The notes under the pieces were generated by a model. It saw only the letters and a list, made by a program, of their open reading frames with translations, was not told the DNA's origin and did no database searches. DNA of 64,000 nucleotides from Polyangiales bacterium (lineage in GTDB: Bacteria; Myxococcota_A; Polyangia; Polyangiales; Polyangiaceae). The stretch spans positions 137,264-201,263 of the forward strand of contig JBBRNJ010000005.1 of the NCBI GenBank assembly GCA_038230375.1. Reading direction: 5' to 3'. The translations under genes were made by a program, and so were the position numbers. Positions 27,701 to 35,549 of the stretch are shown piece after piece (the stretch's first letter is position 1; every line of letters starts with the position of its first letter).

Positions 27701-30341
27701 CATCGTCGACCTTGACGACGTGAACGTGCCGGCGCTCGAGCAGCTCGCAAAGCTCTACGACAAGCTCAACGACGCGCAGAGCGCGATCGACTACATGGGC
27801 CGCGTCGCCGAGCTCACGCAGGACACGAAGCAGCGTGTCGAGATGTTCTACAAGATCGGCAAGGCCCTCGACGAGAAGCAGGGCGACCGCGTCTCTGCGC
27901 AAGAGCGCTACGAAATGGCGCTCGACCTCGAGCCGGCGCACATCCCGTCACTCGCGGCGCTTCGCCAGATCGCCCTCGACAACTCCGACTACGACAAGGC
28001 TGCAAGATACATCGATCAGGAGCAGAGCTACACGGCGGCCCCGCGCCAGCGTGCGAAGCTCCTCATCGACCTCGGCAAGATCCGCGAGGAGATGCTCGGC
28101 GATCACGAGAGCGCAGTGCTCGCGTGGGAAGCCGCACACGAGGCAGACCCCGAGAACGAGGAGTCGGCCCTGCCGCTCTCCGACGAGTTCGTGAACCGCG
28201 AGATGTGGGACAAGGCCGAGCCGCTGCTCGACCTGCTCGTCCGCAAGGCCGGCAAGCGTGAGCGCGCGGAGCAACACGCGCTCAACAACAAGCTCGGTCT
28301 CGTCTCTGCGAAGCTTGGCAAGGACGACAAGTCGTTCAAGGCGTACAGCGCAGCGCACCAGCTGGACCTCACGGATCAGATCACGATCCGAGGCCTCGCC
28401 GAAGTGTGCTTCCGCCTGAAGGACTGGGGCGCGGCGCTCACCAACTTCCAGAAGGTGCTCACTTCACTCACCGAGGACGAGACCGCGGAGCGCGCGGACG
28501 TCTACTACAAGCTCGGTTGCATCAAGCGCGAGCAAGGGCAGGCGAAGCAGGCGGTCAACAACTTCGAGAAGGCCCTTGGCGTCGACGCGACGCACAGGCT
28601 CACGCTCGAGGCGATGGTCTCCATCTTCAATGACCTCAAGGACTGGAAGCAGGTCGTCCAGTACAAGCGCCAGATCCTCGACAACATCGTGGACGGCGAA
28701 GAGCGCTTCAAGATCTTGATGGAGATCGGCGACGTCTGGAACGACAACGACAAGAACGCCGCGAAGGCCATCGAGGCCCTCGAAGAGGCGCGCGAGCTCC
28801 AGCCGGACAACCGTCCACTGCTCCACAAGATGCTGACCCTCTACGAGGCAACGGCTGCGTGGCCGCGCATGATCGACACCATCATGGCCCTGGCCGAGAT
28901 GGAGAAGGATGGCGTCCGCAAATCCAAGTTCATCTTCACTGTCGCCCAGCTGTACCGCGACAAGGAAGGCGATCAGGAGCGCGCGGTCGAGCTCTTCAAC
29001 GAGGCGCTCGATCTCAACCCTGGCTACCTCGAGGCGTTCGAGCGCATCAACAAGATCCTCACCACGTCGAAGGACTGGAAGAATCTCGAGCGCGCGTTCC
29101 GCAAGATGCTTCGTCGGCTCTCATCGGCCGGCACCAGCAACCCGGACCTCGAGTTCAACCTCTGGCACAACCTGGGTCTCATCTACCGCGACCGCCTGTC
29201 CGACACGAACAGCGCGATCGAGGCCTTCAAGATGGCCACGCGCTACAAGCCGGACGAGGCCGTCGAGCGTCAGATCCTTGCCGAGCTCTACGAGGGCACC
29301 GACCAGCTCGAGGCCGCCATCGGCGAACACTCGCTCGTGCTGCAGAAGGATCCGCTCCGCGTGGATCCGTACCGCAGCCTCTACAAGCTCGCTCTCCGCA
29401 TGCACGACTACGATCGCGCATGGTGCATGTGCGCCGCGCTCTCGTTCCTGCAGCGCGCAGACGAAGAGGAGAAGCGCTTCTTCGAGGACTACCGCCCGCG
29501 CGGCATGATCCAGGTGAAGAGTCGCCTCGACAACGAGCAGTGGGTGAAGAACCTCTTCCACAAGGACGAGAACATCTTCATCGGCAAGATCTTCGAGATG
29601 GTGACCCCATCGGCTGTCACGGCGAAGCTCACCGCGCTCCAACGCGCGAAGCAGCTCCCCGTGCTCGACCGCCGCTTCAAGCAGGACCCTGCGACAAGCA
29701 CCGTCACGTTCGCGAAGACCTTCGGTTGGGCCTCGCAGGTCCTTGGCGTGCAGCCGCCGGAGCTCTATGTCCGCAACGACGTCCCGGGCGCGCTCGTCGC
29801 GGTGCCGGCGCGTCCGCCCGCCTCTGTCGCCGGTCAGACGGTGCTCACCGGCTTCACGCCGCAGGAGCTCACGTTCATCGTCGGCAAGCACCTCTCGATG
29901 TATCGCGGTGAGCACTACATCAAGAACATCTTCCCCACGCTCGGTGAGCTGAAGGTGGTGCTCTTCAGCGCCATCAAGCTGATCCTGGCGGACTTCAACG
30001 TGCAGCCCGAGATGGCGCAAGCCGTCAACACGACCGCACAGGAGTTCGCGCGGTACATCCAGCCGGTCGAGCGCGACTCGCTGCGCCTGGTCGTCCAGCG
30101 CTTCGTCGAAGACGGAGCAAAGGCAGATCTCAAGCGCTGGATGCAAGCCACGGACATCACGGCGGCGCGCGCCGGCCTGCTCCTCTGCGCCGATCTCGAG
30201 ATCGCAAAGAAGATCATCGGCGCCGAACCGCAGCTGCCAGGCGACCTGCCGCCCGCAGAGAAGATGAAGGAGCTCCTCGTCTTCTCGGTGAGCGACCAGT
30301 ACCTCGCCCTACGCAAGACCCTAGGCATCGCCGTCGGGTAG
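18774..30341 (+). CDS. agmK: Giant TPR/helical-repeat protein, AgmK/GltI-like gliding protein (3855 aa)
   Basis: 11.6-kb uninterrupted ORF with GAGGA SD; dozens of TPR-like repeats (AYEQVIALDPDN, ALERLY..W..L); no signal peptide; follows the glt cluster as agmK does in M. xanthus. Confidence 0.75.
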   Translation: MDLMERLSYLENVRDWQGLVEELERGIASATANDAKAALHLKLAQVLDAKFLAGVKALKHFQDAYKLNPALAESLELARQIYWDLGKLNMVQKLIELELKSIKDGARASALLLELGDVLCDLGDYDKATATYARALAASSGANEEASLCLEDAQVDSSSWQPRISTILQSASSTDDSVARGRLFLRGVRIVRRFAPEEVESLLERSYSADPRNRQVAALYEGMMMEAGRTEDLSSLQTKVLAGIGKSEAGSRERAEIACVFGTRWVSRHQNVDVGTRFLEEAIKLDPTKEGAFQYLRDAYGKKGGDWDRVLTLAEEAATHAGNNGNASFLLAQAGLIAWRQLGNLPRARMCFERLSALAPEHPQLRAFEAQIGETLGNPDGMTKATAPPPTVVQTAPPPAGYKASTPPASQEAPMTPHVQAPEAVVAEAQAASAPPPAADPEPEVAHAPEHAPSPHAEVVDTSMPLPAMASEAPPPPPVEASPAPPPAAVAAAPVAAAAAADYDPAKVEELKALAEKQEANKRYNEYVKTLLQIAAMVPDAFEKVELYMKAADLYVGKFANQAEAVKAYEQVIALDPDNAQAVDYLRQMYEKRRDWEKLLGLSRREAERIMNGPERAAKFLEIAKLATERVKKPDVCIELWQEVLDSDPSNVEALGALGGLYERSKEFDKLVDVLEKQAEHTYEPAAKIQILTKLGTYYGDKLNNDEGAVNAWRLLLTLDPNDRKAQEALKKKYLALGRWDDLEVFYAESGKWDEFIRVLEQQEAKETDPQAKISLLFKIAELWADKKQKNDRAAKAYEKVLELEAQNLRAAEALIPIYTAANNSKALANAIEVKLGHEADPTTRIALLREVAGLYESKVKEPQKALDRYIAAFDLLPSDEQTATDMERAAKAMNGWDRVIAGYATAIDNADNAADMDLAIALRLRQGRVLVEEMNRIDDALGVYRAVYEKDSENAIALGALEGLYRHTGKFGELLGIYEKKREMAGPDERKAISYEIAKLYETEIKDVDKAIETYVQILDEEPTDIASLGALDVLYGNLGRWEPYVDVLRRRIELDATEKELIDLKYRLGQTQEKHLSDAAPALENYREILFLDAQHEGARLALENLLTNEDLRGEAASILENIYEERADWTKLIFSLGILSQAQHDVEKRVTILRKIARVASDQLQDFAQAFRALSQALTDAPENADTRQEIEAIVTHSNAWTELVALLEQIASGATDAALAREYWMQLARVNDTQLQQVDAAARGYTKVLGLDPSDAEALDALEQLFFRTQRWKDVISVIEKRIEQTTDAARTEALYAQMARIYDEALGQPGDAVSCYKKVLELDPTALAALAALDALFSRQKMWGELAENLEAQLQLAASDESQLSLMLRLAALRESEMGQIDVAIEGYRAVLERDMQNQAAFSALERLGQDARHELVIADLLEPMYRHLGDYAKLIGAHEVQVRRSDDVSRRVELLHQIAQLYEDAAGDLNAAFDTLVRALNEDPASELTQQHLDRVARVTGRFADLAHAFEVLAQKAQDPQLASSLFMTSARVFENDLGQLDTAIAHYRKTLEIDAQNLAAAESLERLFRQTERYAELSQILQVKAEILEDTQAKKEALYQAAAIEEDVLEKPEAAIGVYKKVLGIDEDDIRALDSLVKRYLGLGAWKDLLAVYAKKVDLVADPEEKKRIYYQVGAVYERELQDLHNAIDTYQKILELDPDDLQALSRLDVLYEQAGNWAELLSVLTRESEMTNDPSEAVSFHYRIAELYEKKLEDVARSIELYAEILGQQPDHEPTLVALEGLKSGDRDPLGAAAVLEPVYEGASDWTKLVSVHEVQVQHATDPFQKVDLLHRISRLYEDALDNHGAAFDTYARALGFDNGNDSTLQNLERLAMTVSRWPHVAQLYDAELDKLGENRERFVELGLRTAQIFEVQLEDVDNAIVRYRRVMEVDAENQQAVSSLDRLYVQTERWAQLAEILTRESEIGQSPDQILEFKYRLGQVHENHLNNLDAAIAAYRDVLNAAPEHITTLAALEGLFARVVKQVEIAEILEPLYRAAAEWEKLSRVYEAQLTHIPVAKPASGDESVGVGGQEDRLAAYYRIAEVYEEKLLDQAQTLNTYVRALKEYPLDDKAGEEAPRLAAAIEQGWESLANAYADIVGAHQDPLVQRTIGRRLAKTFEDELGDVDKAEETYKYVLGVDQHDTEALANLDRIYLSTENWPNLAQILEMRTQAPAEEMDLIELFARLGEVYEARVADVPNATRAFRRIFDKLDKAHEGAIAALARIYEGQGAWTELMTVYERELENASGDVAEAEIRAKIAHLASDRLSDPTRAVDTWKIVLDLRGEDPEALGALANLYESGESWRELVDVLEREFDIASEDEVRVTILARRAQTFTAKMNRDDLALEDWTRLLDIDFANLGALRAIAAIRRRQHDPNELVSALHQMVDRAAANLEATELKEIFRELGKTYGNELQQPFDAADAWRKLLEVGADFEAMDALEAIYKSEERWTDVIDVKMQRAAALEEPAQKIAELKGAAALWNDPVNEYDKATPAWQKILEIEPAHDEAYKELEKLHTQGGRWEPLIELYLGRLETREDVHEKTELLRKIARVFEEKLDDKNQALDALTNALGEDFHDRETAKYLERMAQATGRWGEVIQTANNWLQAQTEPQQKIRLCLHLAKWYGDDLGHPEYAQPYYAQIVQLDPNNVGALRQMGQLYRKNANWQQLGATLTRALDVAVADIDRKEILTELGELLDSQMSQQDQAITYFARALEVDGQFIPAIENLERIYAARGQNKDLVDVLLRKVPALSETEAVVATKLRIGTLYEQMSESQKAAQTYREVTDLEAQNLQALRGLARVYELLNSWPELVKTLELELEVVTTERERIDLLMKLANLQEEHFLKADIAAQRLEQVIEIDPSNEEAYVALERNYRRLRQWPELNQTYERHISATLERKTKVELYGFIAQVFADELDDTEHAIDAYKNIVDLDDVNVPALEQLAKLYDKLNDAQSAIDYMGRVAELTQDTKQRVEMFYKIGKALDEKQGDRVSAQERYEMALDLEPAHIPSLAALRQIALDNSDYDKAARYIDQEQSYTAAPRQRAKLLIDLGKIREEMLGDHESAVLAWEAAHEADPENEESALPLSDEFVNREMWDKAEPLLDLLVRKAGKRERAEQHALNNKLGLVSAKLGKDDKSFKAYSAAHQLDLTDQITIRGLAEVCFRLKDWGAALTNFQKVLTSLTEDETAERADVYYKLGCIKREQGQAKQAVNNFEKALGVDATHRLTLEAMVSIFNDLKDWKQVVQYKRQILDNIVDGEERFKILMEIGDVWNDNDKNAAKAIEALEEARELQPDNRPLLHKMLTLYEATAAWPRMIDTIMALAEMEKDGVRKSKFIFTVAQLYRDKEGDQERAVELFNEALDLNPGYLEAFERINKILTTSKDWKNLERAFRKMLRRLSSAGTSNPDLEFNLWHNLGLIYRDRLSDTNSAIEAFKMATRYKPDEAVERQILAELYEGTDQLEAAIGEHSLVLQKDPLRVDPYRSLYKLALRMHDYDRAWCMCAALSFLQRADEEEKRFFEDYRPRGMIQVKSRLDNEQWVKNLFHKDENIFIGKIFEMVTPSAVTAKLTALQRAKQLPVLDRRFKQDPATSTVTFAKTFGWASQVLGVQPPELYVRNDVPGALVAVPARPPASVAGQTVLTGFTPQELTFIVGKHLSMYRGEHYIKNIFPTLGELKVVLFSAIKLILADFNVQPEMAQAVNTTAQEFARYIQPVERDSLRLVVQRFVEDGAKADLKRWMQATDITAARAGLLLCADLEIAKKIIGAEPQLPGDLPPAEKMKELLVFSVSDQYLALRKTLGIAVG

Positions 30342-30365
30342 ACGGCGCTGGCGGCTCCTTGGTCA

Positions 30366-30923
30366 TCACCGGCGATGGTGCTTGGCTTTGCTCTTGGCGA
30401 GCGATTCGGCCTTCGCCTTTACCTTCGGGAGCTTCGACTGAATGAACGGCTGCAGGGCCTCGCGAAGCTGCTGATCGCATTGGTCGAGTCGCGACTGCAC
30501 GATCGACGCGGCCACGTCGGTCGTGCCCGCGACGAAGATCGCGCCGAGGTCGACCAAGTAGAGCAAGGCGGTGTACGCCGGCTTGCGCGCCTCGTCCGCT
30601 AGCTCACGCACCTCGAGCCACCCTCCGAACGAGCCATCGAAGCTCTCGGTCTTGTGACCCTTCGGGATCTCTAGGCCAAGACGCACCTCGACCGGCCACT
30701 TCTTGCCGTCGTACCACGACCCCGCAACGACGAGCTGCTTCCGCTGGAGCGGCGTCAGGTCCTTCGGCGAGCGCGGCTTGAATGCGCGCGTGACCGAGAG
30801 GTTCAGCGCGGGCTTTGCGGTCACGGAAGGATCGAGCGCCTCGCGGACGATCGGGCTCTTCTTCGCGATCCTGGCGAGCTTCTTTGCGGTCTCGCGCTTC
30901 GGCAGGGTGTCGTCGTCACCCAT
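30366..30923 (-). CDS. Hypothetical protein
   Basis: Start MGDDDTLPK at 30923 overlapping the upstream stop (ATGGGTGA); protein-like composition. Confidence 0.6.
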   Translation of the reverse strand: MGDDDTLPKRETAKKLARIAKKSPIVREALDPSVTAKPALNLSVTRAFKPRSPKDLTPLQRKQLVVAGSWYDGKKWPVEVRLGLEIPKGHKTESFDGSFGGWLEVRELADEARKPAYTALLYLVDLGAIFVAGTTDVAASIVQSRLDQCDQQLREALQPFIQSKLPKVKAKAESLAKSKAKHHRR

Positions 30924-31254
30924 GTGCTTCACGATGTCTCGGCGTCCGCTCGAGCAGACCGGGTTCCTCTGGACCGAGCCCGAGCCATCGCCGCCGTCCC
31001 TCGGCGTACGCCGGCATTCCATGATTCGTGATCACGATGTCTTCGAGCGCGAGGAGCTCGGCAATGCTTCGCTGCATCGGCGTCAGCGTCTCGGCGAGGG
31101 GTAGCGTGGGGCCGTATTCGAAGCCCGCTGCTTCGAGCGCCCTGTCGACGAGTTTCTCCCGTCCTTCACCTTCGGCCGCCAGGGCTCGCTGGAGCAAAGT
31201 GCGCACCTTCACCGGCAACGTCGAGAGGTGCGCAGCGGAAGGTGGGCTGGTCAT
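30916..31254 (-). CDS. Hypothetical protein
   Basis: MTSPPSAAHL... 112 codons, apparently coupled to the downstream ORF. Confidence 0.45.
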   Translation of the reverse strand: MTSPPSAAHLSTLPVKVRTLLQRALAAEGEGREKLVDRALEAAGFEYGPTLPLAETLTPMQRSIAELLALEDIVITNHGMPAYAEGRRRWLGLGPEEPGLLERTPRHREAHG

Positions 31255-31577
31255 GGGGACGTGCTTATCATGCAGCCGCGCCTGGGCCCGCACGCCACGC
31301 CTGTTCACTGCGCGTGTGTGCGGCGATCTTGGTGTCCTGAATTTTTTTGCGTATTTTTTGGGAGCGACCGCGGACAGCCTTGGTCATGTCCGCGGTCAGC
31401 GATAGCGCGCTCGTACCTCCATTGATTCCATCGGGTTGTGTTCCTCTGCATTGATGGAACGCGTCGTGAAGATTGGCTCGTCATGGAGCCGGTCTCGGGA
31501 AGTGTGTGCAGTGTACACGCAACCGCGGATGAGCACGGCCGATGGGAAGTCGCGCCGCTCACAAAGAGGAGGATTCA

Positions 31578-32894
31578 ATGTCCAGGGATGATCTCAACGC
31601 CACGTTTGGTTCCACTGCGGAGCTCCCGCGATGTGTGGAGCCAGTCAGTCGATGGGTCGCGGAGATCCAGGACGCGGCGGGTATGCGGCGCGTCGATCTT
31701 TCCGACCGGCCGCTCGTGTTCGGTTCGTCGCGCACGGCCGATGTCGCGATCAACGATTCGGCGACTAGCGCCCAGCACTGTGAGCTCACCGTGCAAGGCG
31801 ATCTGGTGCGCGTGCGTGATCTCGGCTCGCGTAACGGCACATACATGAGCGGAGTGCGCGTGGGCATCGGCTTCGGGATCGCGGGGGAGATCGTCTGCGT
31901 CGGTCGCTCGTCGATCGCGCTGAAGTCCGCGTCGCCTTTGATGGAGGATTGCTTCGGTGAGCCGCTCCCTGGTGTCATCGGCGGGTCCACGGTCATGCGG
32001 CGCCTTGCGCAGTACGTGAGACGCTTCGCCGTCCTGTCGGTGCCCGTCCTGATCCTGGGTGAGAGCGGCTCGGGGAAGGAGCTCATCGCCCGCGCGATCC
32101 ACACGGAGAGCGGCCGGCGCGCGGATGCGTTCGTCGCGGTCAACGTCGCGGGCGTGCCGCGCGAGCTGATGGAGACGGAGATGTTCGGCCACGAGCGCGG
32201 CGCGTTCACGGGAGCCTATCAACGTCATCGCGGCGCCTTCGGCGAGGCAGACGGCGGCACGCTCTTCCTGGACGAGATCGGCGATTTGCCGCAGGAGGCG
32301 CAGCCCAAGCTGCTTCGCGCGCTGGACGGCTACGAGGTCAAGGCCGTGGGACAAGAGGGCCGCGGCCGCAAGTTCGACGTACGCGTTGTCGCCGCGACCA
32401 ACGTGCGGCTTCGCGACAAGGTGGCAGAGGGGAGCTTCCGACAGGACCTCTACCATCGGCTCGAGGCGATCATCGTGAGGGTCCCACCGCTCCGCGACCG
32501 CCGGGGTGATCTCGTACAGCTCGTGCCTGCGATGCTGGAGGCGATGAAGCTGCGCGGGGGCACGCCCGAGGTGACCGCAGAGGCGCTCTCGCTGCTCGCC
32601 GCGCATGACTGGCCCGGCAACGTGCGGCAGCTGAAGAACGTGCTCTCGCGTGCTGTGGTCGAGAGCAACGGTCCCGTCCTCGACGCAACCGCTGTCCGCA
32701 GGGCCGTCTTCCAGAGCGACGAGGACGACGACGTGGACGCGCTCATCCAGATCTCGCAGGGCACCGCGCGCGGCATCCTGGAGCGAAACCAGGGCAACAT
32801 CAGCCGCGCAGCCAGGGAGGCGGGCATGGCCCGCACGTCGTTCAAGCGGCTTCTCGGCGCGGACGAACTCGCGACCTCGCCTCAGATCGCGTAG
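31578..32894 (+). CDS. FHA-domain sigma54-dependent enhancer-binding protein (Fis-type HTH)
   Basis: AGGAGG SD; FHA (SAQHC..VRDLGSRNGT); Walker A GESGSGKE; GAFTGA; LFLDEIG; FRQDLYHRL; WPGNVRQL; GNISRAAREAG HTH. Confidence 0.93.
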   Translation: MSRDDLNATFGSTAELPRCVEPVSRWVAEIQDAAGMRRVDLSDRPLVFGSSRTADVAINDSATSAQHCELTVQGDLVRVRDLGSRNGTYMSGVRVGIGFGIAGEIVCVGRSSIALKSASPLMEDCFGEPLPGVIGGSTVMRRLAQYVRRFAVLSVPVLILGESGSGKELIARAIHTESGRRADAFVAVNVAGVPRELMETEMFGHERGAFTGAYQRHRGAFGEADGGTLFLDEIGDLPQEAQPKLLRALDGYEVKAVGQEGRGRKFDVRVVAATNVRLRDKVAEGSFRQDLYHRLEAIIVRVPPLRDRRGDLVQLVPAMLEAMKLRGGTPEVTAEALSLLAAHDWPGNVRQLKNVLSRAVVESNGPVLDATAVRRAVFQSDEDDDVDALIQISQGTARGILERNQGNISRAAREAGMARTSFKRLLGADELATSPQIA

Positions 32895-32931
32895 ACGCCA
32901 CATTCAACCGAAGGTCGGGTAGGTTACGGGC

Positions 32932-34308
32932 GTGCGCTTCCGCAACCTCCCACGTGCGCTGGTGCTCCTCTCCGTGGGCGCAGGCTGTTCACGGGGCTGC
33001 GGGGACGACACGCCGTCCACGGCCTCAGACGGCGGCGTTCGCGCTGCGGCACGCGAAGGCGCCCTCACAGATGACGCGGCAACTTCGGTGAGCATGTCGC
33101 CTGCGGGCGCGAGCATCTTTTCGCTGCCGATTGCCGCAGCGCACGATCCGGCCACACCGCGCTCGTTCGTCGCGGGCCTTCGCGCAGCGGAGAAGAAGAT
33201 CACGTTGACGCTTGTGGACGAGCACGGCGTCGAGACGTTCCGCACGGATGTGTTCACCGGTGTCGGCTGGTCCTCGGACGCGGAGCTCCGCGTATACGCC
33301 GCCGCGCACGGTGCGTGGGTGGTCTGGCGCGGACCGGTGGACGGCGGTCGCACGCAGCGCGCCGTCTTCGTCAATGACGACGGACAGCTCGCATCCGCGG
33401 GGACCGACGTCGCGCCTGCTCACTGTGCGATCGGTGACGTGCTGTCCGTCGTTCACGGCGGCGCTGTCGCCATGGTGGTCCCGGATGGCGGCGCGCGGCG
33501 CCTCAGGCTCGCGGATCCGTCGGCGGACTTCTCGCTCATGTGTGACGACGGCCGCGTGCTCGTCATGTCGGAGTCGGAGGACGGCGTCTTCGTCGAGGTG
33601 CCCGAGGACGGCGGGCTCCGCCGGCACTCCGCGTTCAACGCAGAGTCGGAGGGACGCACCACCGCGCTCTATTCGCACGGCGATCGCGCGGGCATCGTGC
33701 GCATCGGCGGCACGCAGGCCACGTTGCGCGAGCTGGAGGATGGCGGCCTCTCCCGCGCGCGCAACCGAAGGCTCGCGATCGACGAGGACGACGACATCGT
33801 GGTCGTGGACGCCATTGGGCTCGGGCCGCTGCTGATCACCACGCAGGAAGCAGAGGGCGCGTGCGACGGCGGTGTCGCGCTCGCGCCCCGCGTCTCCGCG
33901 GTGCTCGTCCCGCGCGCGATCCCTTCTGGCGATGCGGGCGCGGACGCAGGTGCAGAGGCGGGCGCACCCTTCGTGAGCGCGGAGCTCGCACCGCCGGTCT
34001 GCGGAAGAGAGCGTGGCCCGTTCTGGTCCGGAGCCGCGGGAACGGACGTGGTGGTCGCGTGGGGCGAGCGCATCCGTCAGGTGGGCAAGAGCGTCGCGCC
34101 CGTGGCCGCCGTGGGCTTCGCGCGCATCCGCGCGGACGGCACCGTCATGGATCGCGGCGTCATCGACCTCTCCGCGGATGCAGTCGTCGATGCATCGTGC
34201 GACGCACATGACTGCTACGTCGCAGCGCTTCTACGCCCAAACGGCGACGACGATCAGAAGCCCGAGGCCGTGCGGGTGTTCCCGCTCAGAAGCTCCCAGA
34301 CACACTGA
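32932..34308 (+). CDS. Hypothetical exported/lipoprotein, beta-rich
   Basis: GTG start, LVLLSVGAGC lipobox-like signal; high-GC codon usage. Confidence 0.65.
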   Translation: MRFRNLPRALVLLSVGAGCSRGCGDDTPSTASDGGVRAAAREGALTDDAATSVSMSPAGASIFSLPIAAAHDPATPRSFVAGLRAAEKKITLTLVDEHGVETFRTDVFTGVGWSSDAELRVYAAAHGAWVVWRGPVDGGRTQRAVFVNDDGQLASAGTDVAPAHCAIGDVLSVVHGGAVAMVVPDGGARRLRLADPSADFSLMCDDGRVLVMSESEDGVFVEVPEDGGLRRHSAFNAESEGRTTALYSHGDRAGIVRIGGTQATLRELEDGGLSRARNRRLAIDEDDDIVVVDAIGLGPLLITTQEAEGACDGGVALAPRVSAVLVPRAIPSGDAGADAGAEAGAPFVSAELAPPVCGRERGPFWSGAAGTDVVVAWGERIRQVGKSVAPVAAVGFARIRADGTVMDRGVIDLSADAVVDASCDAHDCYVAALLRPNGDDDQKPEAVRVFPLRSSQTH

Positions 34309-35479
34309 GCCCGCTGGGCCCGTGCGTGCCGATGCCGACCATCGGCGTGACGTTGATGCTACCGACCGGCGGCGCCGCGCCCTCCGCGTCCTTCTTCGGG
34401 GCGAACAGGTACCAGCCGGCCGCGAAGAGAATGCCAGCGCCGGCGACCACACCGGACACGTTGGCCGCGGTGGCGTCCTGGTTCACCTGATCGAGATCGC
34501 TCTTGTAGGTGTTGCATGCGCCCGTGAAGTCGGATGCGCCCTTCACGGTGGACGAGCAGATGCCGACGGGGTTGAACCCGCGCTGCTTGGCCGTGCCGCG
34601 TATCGTTAGATCCACCGAGTCCGCGCTGCTCTGCGCGTTGCCCTTCGCGACCACGAAGTAAATCGCGCCGATGACGCCAGCGACGAATACGCCGCCACCG
34701 ATGAACACCGGAATCAACGTCTTCGGCGGCGAGAGAATGTTGCTGGGCTTGCTCGGCGTCTCCACGCCTTTGTCGATCTTCGGGGTCCCGTTGCCCGCGT
34801 TCGGATCGGTCGGCGGATTGGTGGGGTCCGGCGTCGCAGGGACGTTGCTCGTGGGCGTGGGGGTCGGCGTGGGCGTGGGGACTGGCGTTGGCACCGGCGT
34901 GACGCCCGGCTGGCCAAACTTCACCTGCGCGCGCTGACCAGCAACAACGGTCACCTTCTGCGTGTCGCCCGAGCCGTCCGTTGCGCGCGACTTGAACGTA
35001 TACGAGCCGGGGTCCAGATCGACGCCCTCACCGAACGGCGCATTGCCGATGCGATCACCACCGACGATGGAGACCTCGGTTCCGGCAGGCGCCTGGATGT
35101 CCACGTGACCGACCTTCGCGCGCGCTTCCTCGAGACCGGACTCCGCGTCGTGACGCTGCTGCGGCGTCGGGTTCTGCACCTGGCGAAGGTACTGCTGGAA
35201 ATACTTGATCGCCTCGAGCGGGTGGTTTCCGCGGAGGCAGCTCTGCGCCAGGTTCAGGAGCACCGCCGGGTGGTTCTTCAGGGCGTATGCCTGGAGAAAT
35301 GAGGCGCGCGCGGCCTCGAACTGGCCCTTGTCGAACGCCTCGACGCCCTCCTTGAAGCGCGCGCGCGCCTGGACGGTGAGGGGGTCGTCGGCCTGGGCAA
35401 ACGACACGGCGGGCACCGAGGGCACCGCGACGGAGGTGAACGCGATAAGGAGGGCTGCGGCTACGGCTCGGGTTTTCAT
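34286..35479 (-). CDS. TPR plus PEGA-like domain protein with C-terminal hydrophobic helices
   Basis: Signal peptide; ARARFKEGVEAFDKGQFEAARASFLQAYAL..HPAVLLNLAQ TPR; VDLDPGSY PEGA-like segment; PT linker; GLSVSGSF terminus. Confidence 0.85.
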   Translation of the reverse strand: MKTRAVAAALLIAFTSVAVPSVPAVSFAQADDPLTVQARARFKEGVEAFDKGQFEAARASFLQAYALKNHPAVLLNLAQSCLRGNHPLEAIKYFQQYLRQVQNPTPQQRHDAESGLEEARAKVGHVDIQAPAGTEVSIVGGDRIGNAPFGEGVDLDPGSYTFKSRATDGSGDTQKVTVVAGQRAQVKFGQPGVTPVPTPVPTPTPTPTPTSNVPATPDPTNPPTDPNAGNGTPKIDKGVETPSKPSNILSPPKTLIPVFIGGGVFVAGVIGAIYFVVAKGNAQSSADSVDLTIRGTAKQRGFNPVGICSSTVKGASDFTGACNTYKSDLDQVNQDATAANVSGVVAGAGILFAAGWYLFAPKKDAEGAAPPVGSINVTPMVGIGTHGPSGLSVSGSF

Positions 35480-35549
35480 GAGGGCACGCTCTTATGCAAG
35501 TACCCGCATCGTACCGATGAAACGCAACTCCGTCACGCTTAAGGCGTGC

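Noticed and set aside
7019..30146. Many long minus-strand ORFs (e.g. 9282-11510, 14856-17114, 19245-21287, 21540-23849, 25815-27941)
   Set aside because: Mirror frames of strongly biased plus-strand glt/agmK genes; no recognisable domains
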